From the NCBI RefSeq assembly GCF_009914755.1, contig NC_060925.1: 64,000 nt of DNA; one strand, given 5' to 3'. Positions 52,601-64,000 of the stretch are shown here, piece by piece. The stretch is from the human T2T-CHM13v2.0 reference genome, Homo sapiens. Positions within the stretch are counted from its first letter, which is position 1; every line of letters starts with the position of its first letter. The notes beneath the pieces were generated by a model. The model made no database searches and had not been told where the DNA came from. It saw only the letters and a program-made list of their open reading frames with translations. The translations under genes were made by a program, and so were the position numbers.

Positions 52601-55157
52601 TCTAAAGTATAGTTTAAATCCATTTTTTCTTTGTTTAATTTCTGTCTTGATAACCTGTCTAGTGCTGTCAGTGGAGTATTGAAGTCCCCCAATATTACTG
52701 TGTTGCCATCTATCTCATTTCTTAGGTCTAGTAGTAATTGTTTTGTAAATGTAGAAGCTCCAGTATTAGGTGTATGTATATTTAGGACTGTGATATTTTC
52801 CTGTTGGACAAGGCCTTTTATCATTATATAATTTCCCTCTTTGTCTTTTTTAACTGCTGTTGCTTTAAAGTTTGTTTTGTCTGATATATGAATAGCTATT
52901 CCTCCTTGCTTTTGGTGTCCATTTGCATGGAATATCTTTTTCCAGCCCTTCCTTATATGTTGAGTCTCTTGAAGACAGCAAACACTTGGTTGGTGAATTC
53001 TTATCCATTCTGCCATTCTGTATCTTTTAAGTGGAGCATTTTGGCCGTTTACATTCAACATTACTATTGAGATGTGAGGTACTATTCTATTCATTGTGCT
53101 ATTTGTTGCCTGAATACCTTGCCTTTTTTTTTTCATTGGGTTTTTATTTTATAGGTACTGTGAGATTTATGTTTTAAGGAGGTTTTATTTTGGTGTATTT
53201 TGAGGATTTGTTCCAAGATTTAGAGCTCTTTTTAGCAGTTCTTGTAGTGCTTGGTAGTGGTGAATTCTCTCAGCATTTGTTAGCCTGAAAAAAGACTGTA
53301 TCTTTCCTTCAGTTATGAACCTTAGTTTTGCTGGATACAAAATTCTTGGCTGATAATTATTTTGTTTAAGGAGGGCAAAGATAGGGCCCCAATCTCCTCT
53401 AGCTTATAGGGTTTCTGCTGAGAAATCTGCTGTTATTCTGATAGGTTTTCCTTCATGGGTTACCTGATACTTTTGCCTCATGGCTCTTAAGATTCTTTCC
53501 TTCATCTAGACTTTAGATAACTTTATGACTATGTGCCTAGGTGATTATCTTTTTGCAATAAATTTCCCAGGTGTTCTTTGAGCTTCTTGTATTTGGATGT
53601 TTATGTCCCTAGCAAAACTGGGGAAATTTTTTTTCGATTAGTCCCTTAAATGTGTTTTCCAAACTTTTAGATTTCTCTTCTTCCTTAGGAACACCAGTTA
53701 TTCCTAGGTTTGGTCATTTAACATAATCCCAAACTTCTTGGAGGCTATGCTCTTTTTTTAAATTATTTTTTCTTTGTTTTGGTTGGATTGAGTTAATTCA
53801 AAAGCCTTGTCTTTGAGCTCTGAATTTCTTTCTTCTACCTGTTCAATTCTATTGCTGAGATTTTCCAGTGTATTTTGCATTTCTCTAAGTATGTCCTTCA
53901 TTTCCAGAAGTTGTGATTTTTTTTTAATTTATACTATCTATTTCACTGAAGATTGTTCCCTTCATATCTTGTATCTGTTTTTATAATTCACTAAGTTGGA
54001 CTTCACCTTTCTCTGGTACCTCCTTGATTACTTAATAATCAACTTTCTGAATTCTTTTTCTGGCAATTCAGAGTTTTCTTCTTGGTTTGGATCCATTGAT
54101 GTTGAGCTAGTGTGATCTTTTTGTGTTGTTAAAGAACCTTGTTTTGCCATATTACCAGAATTGTTTTTCTGGTTACTTCTCTTTTGGGTAGACTATGTTA
54201 GAGAGAAGATCTGGGGCTCAAGGGCTGCTATTCAGATTCCTCCATCCCATGGAGTGCTCCCTTATTGTGGTGCTCTCCCCCTTCCCCTAGGTATGTGGTT
54301 TCCTCAGAGCCAAACTGCAATGATTTTTATTTTTCTTCTGGATGTAGCCACCCAGTGGAGCTACCAGGCTCCAGAAGTGTCTGCGCAGAGTCCTGTGATG
54401 TGAACTGTCTTCAGGTTTCTCAGTTGTGGATACCAGCTCCTGCTCTGGTGTAGGTAGCAGGGGAGTGAAGTGGACTCTGTGAGGGTACTTGGTTGTATTT
54501 TTATTAAATGTTCTGGTTTTCTGTTGGTTGGCCTCTAGCCAGGAGGTGATGCTTTCAAGACCACATCACCTCCGGTTGTGTGGGAAGGATACAAACTTGC
54601 CCTAGGCTCAGGCATTAGATGAGCCATAGAGCTCCCAAAGAACTATGTGCATTGTCTTTGGCTACCAGGGCAGGTAGAGAAAGACCATCAGGTGGGGGTA
54701 GGGTTAGGTGCGTCTGAGCTCAGACTCTCCTTGGTCAGTGTTTGCTGTGGCTGCTGTAGGGATGGGGGTGTGGTTCTCAGGCCAATGGAGTTACGTTCCC
54801 AGGGGAATTATGGCTGCCTCTGCTGCATGTAGGTCACCAAGAAAGTGAGAGAAAGCTGGCACTTACAGACCTCACCCCGCTCCCACACAGCCCAAAAGGC
54901 CAGTCTCACTTCCATCATGCCCTGCCAACAGCATCAAGTTTATTTCCAGATGGCATGTGAGCAGGGCTGAGAACTTACCCTAGGCTACTAGCCTCCCAAC
55001 TGAGAAAGCAAGCACAGCTTTCAGGTTTCATGCCTCCCCACATGCCTCAGCTTCTGTGCTGTGTCTGCACTCCCGATTTGCTCCCTCTCCCAGGTTCTGT
55101 CCAGAAACTTTGCATTCAATCAAAATTGTTCAGCTGGAAGTTTCCTTCTCTTGCCAT

Positions 55158-55205
<48 letters not shown>

Positions 55206-55954
55206 TGAGATGGAGTCTCGCTCTGTTGCCCAGGCTGGAGTTCAGTGGTGGCGATCTTGGCTCACTGCAACCTCCACCTCCCAGGCTCAAGCAGTTCTCC
55301 TGCCTTAGCCTCCTGAGTAGCTGGGACTACAGGCGAGTGCCACCATGCCTGGCTAATTTTTTTGTATTTTTAGTAAGGACAGGGTTTCCCCATGTTGGCC
55401 AGGCTAGTCTTGAACTTCTTACCTCAGGTTGTATGCCTGCCTCAGCCTCCCAAAGTGCTGGGATTACAGGTGTGAGCCACAACACCTGGCCTCTCCTGCG
55501 GTCTTTTCCCAGTTCCCCTGGCAGCCCTTTCCAAAAACCCGTGTGAGACAAAGTCAGAAATGGCTTCCCTGGGGACCAAGAATGCGCATAGGGCTCTTCT
55601 TGCTGCGTCTTCTACTCCTGTATTTCGCTCAGCTCTCTAAATTTGTCTCAGCTCCAGGTAAGTCCAAATCCTTCCCCTGTGATCTGGACCTTCAGGTTCC
55701 CCAGTGGGGGTATGTATTTGGAGGCAGATGATCCCCCTTTTACACATTCACACTTTGGGCATTCACAGTTTTTCCACTGTATCCCAGGGCAGCTATCTGC
55801 TTCTTTCAAAGGGTCTGTGAATTATCTCAGCTTTCCTGGTATGTTCCTATGGTAGTTCTTGGAGTAAAAGTTCACAATGTGAGCCTCCACACACTGCTCT
55901 GTCCATCCAAGTGGGAGCTGCAAGTTAGTCCTGCCCCCTATTCACCATTTTTTC
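49640..55954 (-). mobile_element. Near full-length L1PB (L1PB1/L1PBa-like), inactive
   Basis: Endonuclease remnant ORF 52480..53136 (LNVNG, CCLQET, GDFNTPL); RT remnant 51158..51529; 5' and 3' termini present; TSD CCTATGGA(TT/GA)AATTA(C/T)T at 49623 and 55955. Confidence 0.92.
55157..55491 (-). mobile_element. AluS nested in the L1PB 5'UTR, (TTTTG)n tail
   Basis: Full antisense Alu. Confidence 0.9.
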
Positions 55955-56035
55955 CCTATGGAGAAATTATTAGTTAATGAAGTTGCAGGATGTAACATTG
56001 AAGTACAAAATAAAATAGTATTTACCAGTAACAAC

Positions 56036-56499
56036 TGTGATGGTTCATTTTATTTGTCAACTTGGCTAGGCTGTGGTGCCCAATTATGTGGTCAAACACC
56101 CTGAGGATGTTGCTGTGGAGGGGTGTTTTATATGTGATTAACAGGCAAATAAGTAGACTTTGAGTAAAGAAAATTACCCTCCATAATGTGGTAGGCCTCA
56201 TTCAATCAGTTGAAGGCCTTAAGAGCAAGGACAGTTTTCATGAAGAAAAAGAAATTATCTCCAGGAATTCAAGGTAGAAACCCTAACTGAGTTTTCAGCT
56301 TGCTGTCCTGCGGAATTCAGTCTCAAGACTGAAACATCATCTCTTACCAGGATTTCCCATCTGTGGACCTGTCCCACAGATTTCAGACTGGCCAGCCCCC
56401 ACAATCATGTGAGCCAATTCCTTCCAGTCAGTCAAACAATCAGTCTACCTATCTAAGAGCCTATTGCTTCTGCTTGTCTGGAAAACCATGACTAATACA
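56036..56499 (+). mobile_element. MLT2 (ERVL) solo LTR
   Basis: TGTGATGGTTCATTTTATTTGTCAACTTGGCTAGG...GACTAATACA. Confidence 0.85.
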
Positions 56500-57183
56500 C
56501 CAGCAATGAAAATTAAGAAAATAAAACTTGAAAACAATGTCATATGATTTCTTCATTCATGTAGTACCAACATCCATGTCTCTAAGATGCCAAAAGTTTT
56601 TGTCAGAGAAAGTAACAGGTGGGACAAGGGCCCATAAGAGAGAGTATAGTCTGCAGAAGGCCAAGAAAGAAAGGAGAGCTACACACTCTAGAATCTCTTT
56701 CCAGTGTCTTCCTTTTGCTGATCTCTCATGGCCTTAACATCTTTAACAAGCTGTTTCACAAGTTTATTTCTAAAGATGAAAATGTTTTTCTTCATTTATT
56801 CAATAGAATATATATTGAACAAATACTTTGTACCAGAAATATAACATTTTAAATAAGCTTAATCATAAACGGATGTTTTTCAGTAGCATCACAAACGTAA
56901 AATACCTGGAAGTGAAGCTAATGAATTATGTTCAACATTTATACACAATTCTCTATGACAGGGGCTGGAAAACTTTTTTATAAGAAGCAAATATGAAATA
57001 TTTTAGTGTTTATCCCACTTTCTTCTGCATTCTAACAACACGTTAAAACCGTAAAAATTATTTTGTGAACCACACCAAATAAACCACAGGTTGGATTTGG
57101 CATACCAACAGCCATTGTTTCCTAACCACCACCTCTAAAACAGACTTCCGAGAAATTAAAGAAGACTTAATAATTGAAGAAAT

Positions 57184-57545
57184 GTGCTTCCTTAGTCTGT
57201 GCCACTGTAATAAGACATCACAGATTGGGTAACTTATATACAATAGAAATTTATTTCTCACAGTTCTGAAGTCTGGGAAGTCCAAGATCAAGGGGCCAGC
57301 ATTCAGTGTCTGGTAAGGGCTTTCTTGCTGTGTCCTCACATGGCAGAAGAGGTGAATACACCACATGAATACTGTGTGCTCATGTGGCAGAAGGCAGAAG
57401 GCCTAAGCTAGTTACTTCTGGTCCTTTTATTATAAGGTGGAGCTCTCATGAAAATCACTTCCCAAAATGCCTTGCCTCTTAATGCCACCACAAAGGGGAT
57501 TAGGTTTTAGCTTATAAAATTTGGGGGTTATTTCAGACAATAATA
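57184..57545 (-). mobile_element. MaLR LTR (MST/MLT1A-like)
   Basis: GAAATTTATTTCTCACAGTTCTGAAGTCTGGGAAGTCCAAGATCAAGG. Confidence 0.8.
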
Positions 57546-57549
57546 TGCC

Positions 57550-58622
57550 ATATTCATAAAGTGGAAAAATCCATATTATGAATATGTTAATTTTTATCAA
57601 ATTAATCTATAGAATTAAAGAATCAACAAATTGAAATGCATCAATATTAAAATTTTTTTTTCAAAAGACAATGTTAAGAAAATAAAAAAGCAGGCCACAC
57701 ATTGGTGAAAGACATTTGGCAAGCATATATCTGGCAAAGAACTTACATCTAGAATATAAAAAGAACTCTTAACTAATCAATGAGACGAAACATATATACT
57801 AATATAAAATGAAAAAAATATTTAAGTAGATACTTCATGAAAGAAGATGAGCACAGGGAAAGATCTTTTTTATCTTTAATTTGCATTTTAAGGAAGATGC
57901 AAATTAAAACCACAATGAGATACCACTATACATCCATTAGAATAACCGAAAGTATAAAGACAAACAATATCAAGTGTTTATGAGGACATAGATAAACTGA
58001 AAATCTCATACACTTCTTGTGGGAATGTAAACTGGTATAGCACTTTGGAAAATAGTTGAGCAATTTCCAAAAACATTGAATTTGCACATACCATACAAAC
58101 TAACCATTCCATCCTTATCCAAGAGAAATAAAAGTGTATATCTATATAGTCTTATATACACAAAAGATCATGACAGATTTACTTGTAATAGCCAAACACT
58201 GGAAACAACCCAAACCTCCAAAAACCGATAAATGGATAAATAATTTGTGTGTTTGTATAATAAAATACTACTACTACCACACAAATAATAGAGCAAATTG
58301 ATGATAAAAGCAACAACATAAATGAGTCACAAAATAACATGTTGAGTAAAATACAAAAGGACTCTATTCTATCTGATCAAAATTCTAAAAACTGCAAGTT
58401 ATTATAACAGAAAGCCAATCAGTTTGTTGTGTGGAGACAGCTGGGGAACAAGGGTAGGGGAAGTGTGATAAATTACAAAAGGGCACAAGAAAACTTTTGT
58501 TCATTACTTTGATTATACTGATGGTTTCATCAGGGTGTACATATGTCATAACTGATCAAATTATACACTTTAAATGTACACAGAGTACTGTATGACAAGC
58601 CTAAATAAAGCCATTAAAAAGA
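57550..58622 (+). mobile_element. Old L1ME-like 3' fragment
   Basis: ATGCAAATTAAAACCACAATGAGATACCAC and downstream 3'UTR-like sequence. Confidence 0.7.
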
Positions 58623-59449
58623 GTGTCACCCAGACACGTGAACAGAGACACACAATGAAACAAAACAATAGAAAATTCAGAAATGGATCCAAATTTACAG
58701 GCAAATTTACTATATAAAAAGATAAAATTTCTAGTCCATGGCAAAAAGATAGACCATCCAGCAAACGGGAATGGATAAAGAGGTGAACATCAAAAATAAA
58801 AGTTTCATATAAACTTCTCAACAGATCTAGATAAATTCCAAATGGATCAAAGGTTTCAGTATAAAAATTGAAACTATGAAAGTACTATACCAAAATGCAA
58901 ACAAACTTCTAAATAACAGTAAAATGGGAAATAGCATTTCCCATGAATCAGAATTTACAAGTAATTAAGACAAAAGAAAGGTTAAATCAACCATATAAAA
59001 ATTTCTAAAATTTGCATGGAGAAGTTCCAGTATAAGTAATAGTGTATTAAGTGATTCAAACCAACTCTCCTACTGAGAATGATACAACAAAATGTTTTTA
59101 AACAGAACGTCTGTTCTGAATGCGCAGAAGAGCTACAAAGTCTGTGTGTAAGGAATTGTGTTGCCATGATTTGCAAGAAGAAAGAGTCACAAAAAGATAT
59201 CCTGGCATTTGGGGGAGCTTCTCCCTAAAAATAGTTACTGATTAGAAAGCAGCTGCTGAAATGCTGATAAGACGAGCAGAGCAGATCCTTAGACTTGTGA
59301 GACAGAAACATAAAAATTAAAGTTATAAGGACCTCAAAAAAGGAAGGGTCCTAATAAAAATCCCATGTGACTCAGAAAGCCCTAGCCTTGAGTAAAAGTA
59401 TACCAGAAATCAATCACCAATCATAAGATTGAAGCTCTTCTTTGAAACA

Positions 59450-61650
<2,201 letters not shown>

Positions 61651-62769
61651 GAATAAAGGACCCCAGAAGTTATTGCATCTCAGAACTTTTCCCATTAATC
61701 CAGTCATACATCATTTATATCAATGACATATGTCAATAAAGAATGTAACTAGGTCTCAATTTAATCTATTGGAACATATATCTGCATTTTTCTTTGCAAT
61801 AGGAACATTTATTTAGATTTAAATGTCCTTAAATTGCTTGTCAGTTTTTACTTAATCATATCAACCAGGAGTTGGAAGATCCTTAAATTTCTTAAACTTA
61901 ACAGCATGCTCTTTTGCCTCCCATCTGGCCTTCTGAATGTAGAGTTTCCTTTCCTTAGAATATTCTTCCTCCAGTATGTTACCACTTTACCCCCATTTTG
62001 GTATAGTCCCATTAATCTATTCAAATAGTTTCAGGTTAGTCATTTTCTCCTTGAAGAAGTTTGCTGTGCATTCATATACAGGTAATGTCCCTCTTTTGTT
62101 TGCTCTCAGAACACTATAGCTCCCATATTAACATGGGTGCTTGCCTACTCACCTATGGAACCAAAATATCTATGAGGACAGAAGACATATTAATTCTATT
62201 TACAGCTGTATCCTTAATAACCAGTAAAATGTATAGATCCTGATAATAAGTCAGTAAATAGTTTTGAATAAATAAACTAGCTGGAAATCGTCAATTATAC
62301 ATTAGTAAGAAGCCAGAAGTATACTACAATACTGTATCTTGCTGATATTGAGCTACTCTGTTACCCTTAAGTTAGTGTAAAGATACAAGTTTTTCATTGG
62401 AGGAATCCAAAATTATTATAAATCCTGGCATGATATTTACCTTCACTAAAAATTAATTATGATTCAAAAGGATATAGAGCTAGATTATTTATTTAAACTA
62501 GGGCACTGGAAATTTTATAAAACTAGTACTCAGGTATCACAGTAGTTAAGAGAATAATAGTGTACTGCAATGAGGTCAAAACTGAAGAGGGCCTACAGGG
62601 TCTTTTGAAAGACCTACATGAGTGTCAGCTGCCATAGGTCAGGAATGAGGACAGTTCCTTGTGATTTGTGAGAAACATTTACTCTATGATCTTCAGAGAA
62701 AGACCAACTGAGGAAAGCATGGTTATAAAGTGACATTCAAGCCCTTCTCATAAAAGTCCCATAAAGAAA

Positions 62770-63690
62770 GGACATTCTCAAGAAAGTGAAAAGACAACCC
62801 ATAGAATGGGAGAAAATATTTGAAACTCATAAATCTGATAAGGATCTAGTATCTAGAATATATAAAGAACTCTTACAAATCAATAATAAAAAACAACCCA
62901 ATTTTTAAAGTGTACATCGAATTGAAATAGATATTTTTCCAAAGACATATGAATGCCAATAAACGCATGAAAAGATGCTCAATATTGTTAGTACTTATGG
63001 ATGGAAATACAAATCAAAATCACAATAAAGTACCATTTCATACCTACTAAGATGGCCATAATTTTAAAATTGTTGTTGGTGAGAATATACAATGATGCAC
63101 CTATTTTGGAAAACAGATTGTCAGTTCCTCAACATCAAACATGTGACCCAGAAATTTTAATCCGGTGTATATGCCTAAGAGAGTTGAAAGCACATGTTCA
63201 CACAAAAACTTGTACATGAAGGATAGCTGTATTATTCATAGCAGCCTCAAATTGGAAACAATGCAAATGTCCATCAACTGATGAACGGATAAACAAAATT
63301 TGGTATATCCATGCAAATGAATATTATTCAGCCATAAAAAGGAATAAAATACTGATACATGCTACAACATTGATGAACCTTGGAAACATGCTAAGAGAAA
63401 GAAGTAAAACACAAAAGACCACATATAGTATGAATCTGTTTATACAAAATGTCCAGAATACAAATTTATAGAGTTGGAAAGTAGATTAGTAGTTGGTAGG
63501 GGATAGAGAGAGAGGGGAATGGGGAATTATTGCTATTGGGTATGGGTTTTTTGGAGGTGATGAAACTGTTCTAAAATTAGATAGTGGTCATTTTGCACAA
63601 CCTCACAAACATACTAAAATCCATCAAATTGCACGTATTAAAATGGTGAACTTTATGATATATGAACTATATCTCAAAACAGTATAAGAG
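62770..63690 (+). mobile_element. L1MB-like 3' fragment
   Basis: AAAGACAACCCATAGAATGGGAGAAAATATTTG...TGAACTATATCTCAA. Confidence 0.8.
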
Positions 63691-64000
63691 ACTGTAACAA
63701 CAGAAAAATACTTATGTAATAATTTTTATGTGAAAAACATAGTACTTGTTGCCCATAGGGCATGATCACATATATAGGAAGGAATTGCACTGAGTAAAGA
63801 TGGGAAGACATTGCACCCAAATATTAACAGAGGTTGTCTCTGTGTAGTGGGGTGATGTAAGATTTTATTTTCTTCAATTAAAAAACAATTTCAGCTCTTC
63901 TATTATAAACATGCATTTTCATAATGAAAAAAATTAAAAATTGTTAAAAGTACCATAAAGAGAGCAGATGATGTCATAGTGCTTGCAGACTCTTCTAGAC

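Noticed and set aside
50010-53136. Endonuclease and reverse-transcriptase-like ORFs
   Set aside because: Frameshifted fragments of L1PB ORF2; not an intact or novel RT system

Overview
Primate (almost certainly human) genomic DNA: AT-rich, Alu/L1-dense, with one CpG island. It holds nearly the whole ZBTB41 gene on the minus strand. I reconstructed a short non-coding exon 1 (~47169-47240) and ten coding exons (46317 down to 5183). These join in frame to 2730 nt = 909 aa plus stop: N-terminal basic NLS, BTB/POZ domain, acidic tract and 14 C2H2 zinc fingers. A 3'UTR of more than 5 kb probably runs off the left edge. The region right of ~48 kb is a mosaic of transposable elements, including a near full-length L1PB with target-site duplications. 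There are no prokaryote-type systems, CRISPR arrays or recognisable tRNA/rRNA genes. The most interesting signals are post-transcriptional. The spliced 5' leader carries a G-quadruplex, then a strong-Kozak uORF, then a second uORF overlapping the main ATG (ATF4-like layout). There is also a GC-AG intron, an 84-nt poison cassette exon, and a CpG-rich 3'UTR hairpin holding an AAUAAA and a miR-302-type seed site. Genome-history oddities include a ~400-bp L1 with both termini but no interior, a 23-bp templated insertion copied from 1.6 kb away, and a palindromic AT minisatellite. Repeat subfamily names come from remembered consensus sequences and their boundaries are approximate.
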